A stretch of 64,000 bases of DNA, taken from assembly GCA_010909165.1 (NCBI GenBank), contig MU008160.1, forward strand, positions 1,488,001 to 1,552,000, written 5' to 3'. Within the stretch, counting starts at the first letter, position 1. Each line of letters begins with the position of its first letter. Under the pieces are notes generated by a model. It had not been told where the DNA came from, did not search any database, and saw only the letters and a program-made list of their open reading frames with translations. A program made the translations under genes and the position numbers. This DNA is from Anthoceros angustus (taxonomy: Eukaryota; Plantae; Anthocerotophyta). Shown in pieces: positions 10,181 through 21,978 of this stretch.

Positions 10181-13110
10181 CTTCCAAGGAAACTGTCTGT
10201 TCAAAGGGTTTCTCCTGTCAAAGGGGTTTTGGAAAAATCCCAACCCTATTTTGCCGGAAGAAGTTGGTTTGGTTTTGTTGGTTTTGTAGGTGTTCATCCA
10301 TCGGTTTCGCATTCTGGCCCACCACTTCGTCGAGTCATTTACACGCCGGGCGCCTTTATACTCGTGTTCATGGCGATTTAGTCGGTGTGATGAAGGGCCA
10401 GTGACCTCATTGTTCCATAATTTCGCCATGTCCGTAGTTTCGTGATTTTGTGTGGTTTTGTATGTTTTTATATACCAGAGGGCCTAGGCGCATAAGTGCG
10501 CCTAAACAACATATGTGCAAACTTGTGCATGCACTGTGCAAAAAGAACGCGAAAAATGATCTTCTAATGGGGAAGCATGTCCTTTTGGCGGTCTGAGGAT
10601 GTGCCGGAACTCCCGACAAAATAACAAGTAGCAGACATCGGCGGAGGTTCACCTAGACCACTCTTATATACCTATCCTATGCCCTAATGCGACGAAGAAC
10701 ACCCTATCCCCTTTTTATTCTTTACGGTGTTTCCGTCTCTTTCGGCGGTGACCTAGTACCGGGTTATCATCAAACATGCTAGGGGCCCACTGGTGAACAA
10801 GTGCATGCACCGTGGCGGCGCACCACGGCAGGGGCCCGGATGTGCACACCAGGAGGAGGTGCGCGCACCCAGCGCGCACCAGGTGGCAGCGCGCGGCACC
10901 GTGGCAGTGCGCGCACTGTGGCAGGATGTGCCCAGTGACTTGTGCGCCGCACTGGGCAAGGAGGCGCAAGTGTGCACACAAGCACACGCACCCAAGGTCA
11001 AGAAGGGAGCATGAACCCAAATGGTTCATGCCTCCTAGTGCATTCCGCATTGGGTTCATCCAAAGAAAAAAGAGCAAAAGTCTTAAAACTTAAAACCCCT
11101 TAAAAATTACAAAAAGTCCAGTTTTTGAGGCAAGTGTGACTTGCTCTAAAATTTGACAAATTTTTGCATTTTTTGTATTTTTTGATATTTTGTTGTTTTA
11201 AAGGGTTCCTTTCGACGCTTTTCAACCTTTTTGTGCAGCACCCTAGTGTGGATATGTTCTTATCTTTACTTAACCCTCATCTTTTTCTAGTAGTTAAAAC
11301 TTTGAACTAGTAGTGAGAACCTTTTGCATCTTTTGAATCTTGAGGCGTTTGGCGTGGGCCCGACTCTAAGTCGGACCATGCCACTCTCATTCTCGCACTA
11401 GACGTGGATCAAGAGCATCGAGGCCAAAGAAGATATTATTGTCCCAATGTCTAAGGAACAAAGTCCTGAAAATTCTGGAGAGTATAGTCATAGGATTGAC
11501 TAGTATGAATGAAAGGTAGGTGCGAAACAAGTTTGATGGACTAGAATTAAAGCAAGCCCTAAAAACTCTAAATATTTAGTACGTCAACACCGCAATGATT
11601 GCCGATGTTGAGACTGCTTAGATGGGCGCGATAAGTTTGCGCAATTTTGTGTCTTTGAAAAAAGCCGAACGAGAATGGGACTTTAGGTTTTGCCACTTTG
11701 CAATCTACATCTCAAATAACGTGTATCAAAAAATTATTATTCAAAAGGTTGTAACATGTCTGCAGAGAAATATCAAAAAGCCCGATTATAATGCGGATTT
11801 TTCAAGTGCAAAAGGGGTCCGGTCAAGTCCGGTAGGCAAAAGGGTGTGGAGAAACCCCTTTCTAAACAGACAAGAGTAAATTACTTCCCAATTCCAGACA
11901 CTAGCAACCTCGGGCTTAGCCTCAAACGCCTCTCCTCACAAGAAACCCCAACCGAGACACAATTCCACGTTAGTCGGTTGGTGCTTCCGATTCTTAATTG
12001 CTCGCCACCTCCTTCCAGGCCAAGGCGCCGCCAGCTTGGGCTTGTGTCCTTCTCGCCCTCCCTCTGTGGCGGACACCCTCGATGTCTGCCTCACGGCGTC
12101 TTCCTCGATGCTTCCTAGCCACGCAAGGCCGTCTTCTCACGCTCCGAATTGGTCCGTCCTCTCCTCTACCTCCTTCTCCTTTTCTTCCTTCTCTTCTTGC
12201 CGCCTTGAGCTAGGGCTTCCTCCCAATCTTCAGCTCGCGCCACTGTTTCCTTCACGCTTTCCAGCGATGGCGACGATGACCTTCCTTCTCTTTTCCTCTT
12301 CCTCTACGCTCCATTGATCCTCACGAAGTGAAGATGTCTCGTCAAGAGAGAGAGTTGGTGCTGAGCGCACTTTGCCTCTTTGGATTGCACACCGGAAGCC
12401 TCTCAACCTAGATTTGATTAAGCTCCTAAAATACCTAGCCACTAAGTTGCCTATTTCCTGTCCTATTTTCAGCCCCTAATTGATTACCTTCTAATTAATC
12501 CTATTTATTCATTCCCTATTGGTAGGCATATATAGTGGATATACCCTTATCCTAAGTTCTCTTTTTAGTCGAGATGTTGTCGACCTACGCGGTGATGACC
12601 ATCATGTGAGTCCCCTCCCGACCTCTCCGTGGGGTGGCGACCTCACTAGTCTGACCCACCGCCCCTTCCACTTCTTACGCCTCACAAAAGTCATTTTGAC
12701 CCGCTTTTGTCCCTAAGCATCATCTTTACACGCCCATCGACACCTAACAACTCCAACTCTGGAGAATCGAAAAAATTTGCATGTCTCTTCCCACTCGTTT
12801 CTAGCCAAAAAATCGGTCCGTTCCACGGTAGCTCGTTTAGGCGGGTTGCCCAAACTTTTCCCACACACTTGTACACGCTGGGTTCCCGAGGAGGCTATCT
12901 TGGGCGAAGCCTTGTGCGAGGCGTGCCTCACCGGACATGTACTTGGGTGCTTACAGAGTGTGGGGGAGCAAGAGGTCGAATGAGGTGACATCATGGAGAT
13001 AAAAAAGGTATGTTTATTATCACCTTGTAGGGGACACAATATGATTGGTTTGTACCTATACTTGTTGTTTGTTGAGGAAGTGCTTATATAAATTCAAGCA
13101 CTTAAGTACA

Positions 13111-13737
13111 TGTCATGCGTGACACTAATCTTTGCACTTGGGTTTAGTGTTTGATTAGTATTAATTAACACTAATTACTTATCTTTAAGTAAATAAGTAG
13201 TGTTAATTAATCTAAATCACTTATGTTAATTAAGAGTGGATTCTTGTTAATTAAACATGGTTAGCAATACCTAAGTGGATAAGCTCAAGTAATATGCTTT
13301 AGCGTATTCATTGCATATTATAGTGTATTCTTAGGATGCAATAGCTATGGCTAAGTTCTAGTAATGTGCTTTAGCATATTCCTTGCATATTATCTTGTAT
13401 TCTTAGGATGTTTTCGCATATGCTAACGCAATAGGATATCTTAGAATATGCCGATGCCAAGGGCTAGTATATAGACCCTTTCATAGAGGACAAGCTCAAA
13501 TCATAGCTTGTCCTCTAGATATGCTAATGCAAGAGTGTTGTGAGGAGGCCAAAGCTATGACTCCGAGGCGATGTGTGAGGAATTTGGCGTTGTTCTTGTG
13601 GGGAGTGTGTTCGTACGGCGATGCGAGCTACCCTCCTATTGTCATTGGTTTGCACCTATACTGCATATTAGATTAGTTTTGCTAGGTTGTTTGTTGAGGA
13701 AGTGCTTATATGGATTCAAGTGCTTACTTGATGCACA
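13111..13737 (+). repeat. Right-hand LTR (~630 bp)
   Basis: TGTC...CA termini; the first ~420 bp are similar to 6155-6580. Confidence 0.65.
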
Positions 13738-13739
13738 AT

Positions 13740-16700
13740 GGAAACACTCTTTCAATAGAAGGCGAAGGAAATGAAGAGATGATCCGCTTGCAACCTGATT
13801 TCTTGACCTTCTGTGGCCGGCTTCAAAGGCAACAGAAGGCGATACCTTGAGGTGGCTTCACGTGGTCTGACCACGCCCATCATCGAGACTTGGTCACGGA
13901 TGAGATGCAAGTCGGCCCGAGCGCGCAATGCACGAAAAGTGTACCGCTCTCTACAAGCCATGTAGTTGCTTTTGCTAACTATAGTGGACATGGCGTGCGA
14001 ATGGCATTGTGGGTGGCGATCGTTGACTCCATGGGGGCAGCAGGGATGAATCCTAGAGTCGTCGAGGGTAAAGCGCAATTGTAGGTAAGAAGGAAAAGCC
14101 ACAGTGCTGGACTAGGCAAAGACGGAATCATATCGTGCAGTGAAAGAGGTCGGTGCGATGTGAAAACGTCGTATGCATGGACGAGCCCGAAGCCAAGCAC
14201 TTGCACCTTTCCCGGAATAAGAAACAGGATAATATTTGAAGGGGCTTAATATACATGAAGGGCTTTTGGGCCTATTCTGAGATAAGGGGTTTCGATGGGG
14301 CCTTGGACATAGCATTTTGGGCACATCCAAAAAAATCTGAAAATTAGGGCGCAATTGATTAGAGTCGAGGTATTTGCCTGCGGAAACCCTTTTAAGGTTC
14401 TACAGTTGGACGCCCATCCTTGTTTATGCTGTTTTGATGCCCATGTTCGGTCACCAGTTCTGGAGGTATATAATTAGAAAAATATAAAAATATACAGCAC
14501 GAGTAATAGGTTTCAGTGCTCATACGGTTCAAAAGTCATAGGCACTTGCTGCCATGGGCATGATGCTCGTGTTAACGGAGAAGTGGACCTTAACGAAGTA
14601 GACCGTTTCAAGAGGCAATAGGGCAATTGGATGCGGGCATGCCGGCGCTAGTGGGTCCACAAGTAGGTATGTGCGATTCACTAGAAATGTCCGGTGCCTA
14701 AGTACACACATGTAAGGGCGTGGGCATGCCGGGGATAAAGCATTTATGATTTGAATACTGGATAAGGGCGCGAGCATGCCAGTGCCTTTGGAGGGACTTT
14801 GAGGGGATAAAGGGCATGAGGGAGCATAAGGGCACATGAGTGCTGGCATGCCGGCACCCTCATTTCAACATATACTTTATGCTTCTCTACTTGATACAAA
14901 GGAAGCTGATGAAGCGATGAGATATGAGGTCTATGGGTAGGAGGTCTTGGGTTCAAACCTTTAACAATATAGTATATGTTTTGAAGTTGATTAGCTGGCC
15001 ATTTTTTAAGGCCGATATACAAGCGCCCATTAAATGTATTTTTTTCTAGTATTTAGGAATAGGTAATATGGTTTAAAATCAGAGATAAAAATCCGAGGTT
15101 ACTAGTTTGAGTAGTCTAAGTTTTTAAGTTGATTAGCGCCATTTTTTAAGGCCGCCTTTTAAATGTAATTTTTCCGGTGTTTGGAATAGGTAATAGGGTT
15201 TGAAATGAAAGATAAAAATTTGAGGTTACTAGTTCGATAATGCTTCTTTTTTTGGCTAGCATCGGCATCTGCCGGTTGTCATGATTCAAACTCATGAAAG
15301 AAATGCATCTAGGGCATGAACCTTCTTCTATATCAAAATGGCAAAGGATTGATGGATGTGCAAAGCCGAGATGCCGGTGCTTGCAAGCAAGCATATGGTC
15401 TAATGTAGGTCACCATAATGTGCATTGGTGCACGATAAGTGGTTATAAGCCCTAGCGAGGATAAGTGGTTATAAGCCCTAGCGGTAATGTGGATGCACAC
15501 CGACGCTCACAAAAACCTAGCTAATGGAGGGAGCATAAGGGCATAGGGTGCTAGCATATTGGCGCATTTGTATATATTATTATGCATTATAAAGTTTTAT
15601 TATCTCTTAGAGTTGGTAAAGTGGTTATAAACTTGGCTAAGAGTCATAAGTCATGAGTTCGAGATCCAAATTGAGTTTTAAACTAGTTAAGTTGAGTTTC
15701 ATGTAGAGCACATGCCCATGCCCTTTCAAGTAAGTAAAAGCCGTGGTAGAGCCCGGCATGCAGCACCACACACCAGACTCAGCCTTCTACCGTAAAACAC
15801 ATAAAGATTCCAAATCTACTAGCTAGTGCTCACCGCCTTATATCAAAAATTGCCTAAAATCATGATTTAGTTCTGTACATGTGCGGTTTGTGGAAGCGGC
15901 TTTAATTACGGAAGAGGGTTTGTATGTGTGTCAAAGATTATCATATGAGCCGAGCTCCTGTGGACACGAGGATGGAGGCATCCGAGAGGACCGACTAAAA
16001 GCTCGCCAAGTTGCTTGATCAACGATACCGCAACCCCTAAATCCATCGGAGAGGAAGGTGGTGGAAGGGGAAGTCCGCATATCCATTGATAACATGTCCC
16101 TGGCACGCCATAAGAACATGTCGTAAAGGATAAAGCGGATGCTAAAGGCGGATAGGGCCCAGGTAAATGTTGTCGGGAAGATATCTCCATCGGGAGCAAA
16201 CCAAGACCCATGCCAGAGGGACGCCTGGGTCGATCGCAAGACACTCAAAGCCCTCGCCTCGTTATGTCTCCCAAGGTGTCCATGATCTTCTGTCAAACCC
16301 CATGGCCGGGACGTGAGACGGAGGCCACGATAAAATAACAAGGCACCTCGCAAAGCAAGAGGAAAGCATACCACTTGAGCATCCTCCGACAAATATAGGT
16401 CTTTGATGTGGGAGAGGTGTTGCCCGAGCCTAGTTCAAGAAGCTCTCGAAAGTCGGGGAATTGAAGGGACCCCAAAGTCCGTAGAACCAAGGCCGAGGGA
16501 CCCCAAAGTCCAGAGACCCAAGGCGCAATCTCCCTTGAGAAACTACAAAGTAGGAAAGATCCCGATGGAGACCGGACACTTGGACAACTTGACCTTTAAG
16601 CCCACGCAGGAGAGCTCATAAGAGAAGAGCTCAAGGTCCCGCTTGACCTTGTCCCGGGCCCGAGGATGTGAGAGTCGCCCGTGAAGGGGAAGACACGTGC

Positions 16701-17200
16701 GTTGGGAGGTGGCCTTGGAGAACCTTGTATGAGCGATGACAAAGAGAGCACCACCCAAAGGGTCGCTTTGCTTGATACGTATGGCGATTCCAAAATGGAA
16801 TAGCAAAACCCGATAAAGCACCCCAAGACTCCACGGCGTCCGAGCTTGAAGATCACCCGGAATTGGTGTTGAAGGCATTTTCCACATCCACCTTCTTCAA
16901 GACCACTCACTCCGGATGAGTTTGGAGGCATACCTTTACTTCGAACACCACGAACTTGCAATACCCCGGTAGGAATGCCGAATTAAAGGGGATTGAAATG
17001 CTGCCGGAGAGGAATGGCAGTCCAATAACTTATAAGGTGCAGGGCTCCACTTGCTACAAAATCAGGTGAGATAAGGTGCAGGGCTCCACTTGCTACAAAA
17101 TCAGGTGAGATCTTTCTGCCTGCGACTAAGATATTTATGCAGCTTCAGCTCCCCGTACTGCGCTGAGTGCGCTCACCCCATGGCTTCTCGATGCAACTGG
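13740..17200 (-). mobile_element. CRE-clade (restriction-like endonuclease) non-LTR retrotransposon, degenerate and interrupted
   Basis: RT motifs PL.FGIPTPG, HPE.VVLKKVDVENAFN, Q(S/G)DPLGGALF, SLADDSHILG and GLKVKLSKC. Linker QASL.VASGGAGLLP and SGKGASAWLRARP. Zinc knuckle H...CPHG.QRIATHNAIRDV. RLE core RADLYLIRGDQVSMADVVVTDP...AAALKVKKYSGL...HLFISFG (clearest in copy 3, 39699-40307 and 42941-43339). Confidence 0.8.
14240..15890. mobile_element. Unclassified ~1.65-kb non-coding insertion splitting the CRE-like ORF
   Basis: CRE protein motifs stop at ~14240 and resume at ~15900. The intervening DNA has recurring gcatgccggc motifs and short tandem duplications (e.g. gataagtggttataagccctagc x2); no clear TIR or TSD. 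Confidence 0.4.
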
Positions 17201-17532
17201 CCAAGGTACGACCATGTCAGTGCAGTGCACTCCACATTATATGTACATTTCTTTCTTTTCTTTCTTCTTGCGGAATAAAATATTGGGGGTAGGTTGACCG
17301 CAATGCGCAGTGCTCCCTGACCTGACGTGGAGTTTGCTGCAACTTGACTTGACCCGTGCAACAACGCGGGACATGAAGGAAATAAGATACGAATGAGGAA
17401 AGCTTCATGCAAACAGACTCTGCGTGATGCGCACACATTCAACACCTGCTTCAGACAGATACGCATTTCCATTTCCACTTCCTTAGGGTTGGGACTTTAG
17501 CAATTGATGCTGATGATTGAAGTGTCTGCAGT

Positions 17533-17879
17533 ATGACTGGAGCCATGGAGGGCCTCGAGCACGAGGTGCAGAATCTGCAGGTGGCAAGTGGCCATGGGTC
17601 GGGAAGACAGCATGATCATGAGCAACTCACGCAGTATTTTACCCACCAATTGAGAGCGGCTACTCTTCAGACACCGGGGTTGTTAGACGAGGTGCCTGTG
17701 GGCGACTGCTTGACTGTTGAAGACGTGATGAGCAAGGTGGAGGTACAGGCAGACTGAAAATGGTTTTGTAAAGGTTGCTGTACGATGGCGAGCTTGTATG
17801 AATCTTGCAGCGGCAGGTTGAAGGCCCTCGAGGGTTGTCACGAAATTGCTTTGGATGCTTGCACAGAAGTGGAGCTACA
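17533..17879 (+). pseudogene. 5' fragment of TPR-CHAT B, truncated at the fold-back junction (mirror copy at 17875-18213, minus)
   Basis: MTGAMEGLEHEVQNLQ... is identical to 43968 except a 2-nt deletion (gaggtac vs gaggagtac); it ends at the hairpin centre. Confidence 0.85.
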
Positions 17880-18559
17880 CTTCTGTGCAAGCATCCAAAG
17901 CAATTTCGTGACAACCCTCGAGGGCCTTCAACCTGCCGCTGCAAGATTCATACAAGCTCGCCATCGTACAGCAACCTTTACAAAACCATTTTCAGTCTGC
18001 CTGTACCTCCACCTTGCTCATCACGTCTTCAACAGTCAAGCAGTCGCCCACAGGCACCTCGTCTAACAACCCCGGTGTCTGAAGAGTAGCCGCTCTCAAT
18101 TGGTGGGTAAAATACTGCGTGAGTTGCTCATGATCATGCTGTCTTCCCGACCCATGGCCACTTGCCACCTGCAGATTCTGCACCTCGTGCTCGAGGCCCT
18201 CCATGGCTCCAGTCATATTCGAGCTCCTTGTCCACACTTCACCTGCATCAATTGCTCAAGTCCCAACCAGTCTGCATATTCCAGCGCTTTGTCCACACTT
18301 CACCTGCATCGACTGCTTAAGTCCCAACCCCAGTCATATTCCAGCTCTTTGTCCACACTTCACCTGCATCAATTGCTCAAGTCCCAACTGTGAGGAATGG
18401 AGAATGCAGACCTATCTGAAGAGGATGTCGAATGTGTCCCGATCACGCAGAGTCTGTTTGCATGAAGCTTTCCTCATCAGTATTTTATTTCTGCCTGCAC
18501 CAGCGTTGTCTGCACAGCACAACTCCACGTCAGGTCAGGAGCACTGCGCATTGCGGTCA

Positions 18560-21500
18560 ACCTACCCCAATATTTTATTCCGCAAGAAGAAAGAAAAGAA
18601 AGAAATGTACATATAATGTGGAGTGCACTGCACTGACATGGTCGTACCTTGGCCAGTTGCATCGAGAAGCCATGGGGTGAGCGCACTCAGCGCAGTACGG
18701 GGAGCTGAAGCTGCATAAATATCTTAGTCGCAGGCAGAAAGATCTCACCTGATTTTGTAGCAAGTGGAGCCCTGCACCTTATCTCACCTGATTTTGTAGC
18801 AAGTGGAGCCCTGCACCTTATAAGTTATTGGACTGCCATTCCCTCTCCGGCAGCATTTCAATCCCCTTTAATTCGGCATTCCCACTCCGGGGTATTGCAA
18901 GTTCGTGGTGTTCGAAGTAAAGGTATGCCTCCAAACTCATCCGGAGTGAGTGGTCTTGAAGAAGGTGGAAAATGCCTTCAACACTTGGTGATCTTCAAGG
19001 TTTCAAGGTTGCTCTCCATTTTGGCCACCTCCCCAGTCTTTTGGTGTGTCAGCACCCTTGTTGTGAACGACTCTCACATCCTCGGGCACAGGGACAAGGT
19101 CAAGCGGGACCTTGAGCTCTTCTCTTATGAGCTCTCCTGCGTGGGCTTAAAAGGTCAAGTTGTCCAAGTGCTGTATCTGGTCTCCATCGGGGATCTTTCC
19201 TACTTTGTAGTTTCCTGAAGGGGAGATTGCTTCGGCCTTGGGTCTACAGACTTTGGGGGTCCCTCGGCCTTGGTTCTACGGACTTTGGGGGTCCCCTTCA
19301 ATTCCCCTGACTTTGTCGAGAGCTTCTTGAACTAGGCTCTGGGGCAACACCTCTCCCACATCAAAGACCTATATTTGTCGGAGGATGCTCAAGTGGTATG
19401 CTTTCCTCTTGCTTTGCGAGGTGCCTTGTTATTTTATCGTGGCCTCCGTCTCACGTCCCGGCCATGGGGTTTGACAGAAGATCATGGACACCTTGGGAGA
19501 CATAACGAGGCGAGGGCTTTGAGTGTCTTGCGATCGACCCAGGCGTCCCTCTGGCATGGGTCTTGGTTTGCTCCCGATGGAGATATCTTCCCGACAACAT
19601 TTACCTGGGCCCTATCCCGCCTTTAGCATCCGCTTTATCCTTTACGACATGTTCTTATGGCGTGCCAGGGACATGTTATCAATGGATATGCGGACTTCCC
19701 CTTCCACCACCTTCCTCTCCGATGGATTTAGGGGTTGCGGTATCGTTGATCAAGCAACTTGGCGAGCTTTTAGTCGGTCCTCTCGGATGCCTCCATCCTC
19801 GTGTCCACAGGGAGCTCGGCTCATATGATAATCTTTGACACACATACAAACCCTCTTTCGCTTCCACAAACCGCACATGTACAGAACTAAATCATGATTT
19901 TAGGCAATTTTGATATAAGGCGGTGAGCACTAGCTAGTAGATTTGGAATCTTTATGTGTTTTACGGTAGAAGGCTGAGTCTGGTGTGTGGTGCTGCATGC
20001 CGGGCTCTACCACGGCTTTTACTTACTTGAAAGGGCATGGGCATGTGCTCTACATGAAACTCAACTTAACTAGTTTAAAACTCAATTTGGATCTCGAACT
20101 CATGACTTATGACTCTTAGCCAAGTTTATAACCACTTTACCAACTCTAAGAGATAATAAAACTTTATAATGCATAATAATATATACAAATGCGCCAATAT
20201 GCTAGCACCCTATGCCCTTATGCTCCCCTCCATTAGCTAGGTTTTTTGTGAGCGTCGGTGTGCATCCACATTACCGCTAGGGCTTATAACCACTTATCCT
20301 CGCTAGGGCTTATAACCACTTATCGTGCACCAATGCACATTATGGTGACCTACATTAGACCATATGCTTGCTTGCAAGCACCGGCATCTCGGCTTTGCAC
20401 ATCCATCAATCCTTTGCCATTTTGATATAGAAGAAGGTTCATGCCCTAGATGCATTTCTTTCATGAGTTTGAATCATGACAACCGGCAGATGCCGATGCT
20501 AGCCAAAAAAAGAAGCATTATCGAACTAGTAACCTCAAATTTTATCTTTCATTTCAAACCCTATTACCTATTCCAAACACCGGAAAAATTACATTTAAAA
20601 GGCGGCCTTAAAAATGGCGCTAATCAACTTAAAAACTTAGACTACTCAAACTAGTAACCTCGGATTTTTATCTCTGATTTTAAACCATATTACCTATTCC
20701 CTAAATACTAGAAAAAAATACATTTAATGGGCGCTTGTATATCGGCCTTAAAAAATGGCCAGCTAATCAACTTCAAAACATATACTATATTGTTAAAGGT
20801 TTGAACCCAAGACCTCCTACCCATAGACCTCATATCTCATCGCTTCATCAGCTTCCTTTGTATCAAGTAGAAGCATAAAGTATATGTTGAAATGAGGGTG
20901 CCGGCATGCCAGCACTCATGTGCCCTTATGCTCCCTCATGCCCTTTATCCCCTCAAAGTCCCTCCAAAGGCACTGGCATGCTCGCGCCCTTATCCAGTAT
21001 TCAAATCATAAATGCTTTATCCCCGGCATGCCCACGCCCATGTGTACTTAGGCACCGGACATTTCTAGTGAATCGCACATACCTACTTGTGGACCCACTA
21101 GCGCCGGCATGCCCGCATCCAATTGCCCTATTGCCTCTTGAAACGGTCTACTTCTCCGTTAAGGTCCACTTCGTTAACACGAGCATCATGCCCATGGCAG
21201 CAAGTGCCTATGACTTTTGAACCGTATGAGCACTGAAACCTATTACTCGTGCTGTATATTTTTTATATTTTTCTAATTATATACCTCCAGAACTGGTGAC
21301 CGAACATGGGCATCAAAACAGCATAAACAAGGATGGGCGTCCAACTGTAGAACCTTAAAAGGGTTTCCGCAGGCAAATACCTCGACTCTAATCAATTATG
21401 CGGCCCTAATTTTCAGATTTTTTTGGATGTGCCCAAAATGCTATGTCCAAGGCCCCATCGAAACCCCTTATCTCAGAATAGGCCCAAAAGCCCTTCATGT

Positions 21501-21978
21501 ATATTAAGCCCTTCAAATATTATCCTTGCTTATTCCGGAAAGGTGCAAGTGCCCAGCCGGGCTCGTCCATGCATCGCGTTTCACCTCTTTCACGATATGA
21601 TTCCGTCTTTGCCTAGTCCAGCACTGTGGCTTTTCCCTTCTTACCTACAATTGCGCTTTACCCTCGACGGCGACTCCCAGGATTCATCCTCATGGAGTCA
21701 ACGATCGCCACCCACAATGCCATTCGCGTCACTATAGTTAGCAAAAGCAACTACATGGCTTGTAGAGAGCGGTACACTTTTCGTGCATTGCGCGCTCGGG
21801 CCGACTTGCATCTCATCCGTGACCAAGTCTCGATGATGGGCGTGGTCAGACCACGTGAAGCCACCTCAAGGTATCGCCTTCTGTTGCCTTTGAAGCCGGC
21901 CACAGAAGGTCAAGAAATCAGGTTGCAAGCGGATCATCTCTTCATTTCCTTCGCCTTCTATTGAAAGAGTGTTTCCAT
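18560..21978 (+). mobile_element. CRE-like element, copy 2
   Basis: Inverted duplicate of 13740-17200. Confidence 0.75.

Larger units (their letters stand above)
6155..13737 (+). mobile_element. Non-autonomous Ty3/Gypsy (Tat/Retand-like) LTR element, possibly recombinant
   Basis: Related terminal repeats start TGTCATG at 6155 and 13111; the right one ends ...GCACA at 13737 (GCGACA in copy 3). A PBS-like tggcatcagagc follows the left LTR in copy 3 (33150). A purine tract tgagggggac precedes the right LTR. Internal GC-rich tandem repeats and antisense ORFs are present; no RT/RNaseH/integrase was recognised. Confidence 0.68.
4650..17874 (+). repeat. Copy 1 (forward) of a 13.2-kb segment present three times
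   Basis: The same sequence recurs inverted at 17875-30683 and forward at 30681-44317. ORF-track peptides recur three times, e.g. MSEDAQVVCFPLALRG at 15931(-), 19375(+) and 42327(-). Confidence 0.95.

Noticed and set aside
17533-18237. Additional small genes (74-97 aa) at the palindrome centre
   Set aside because: Truncated, frameshifted duplicates of the TPR-CHAT B 5' end created by the fold-back.
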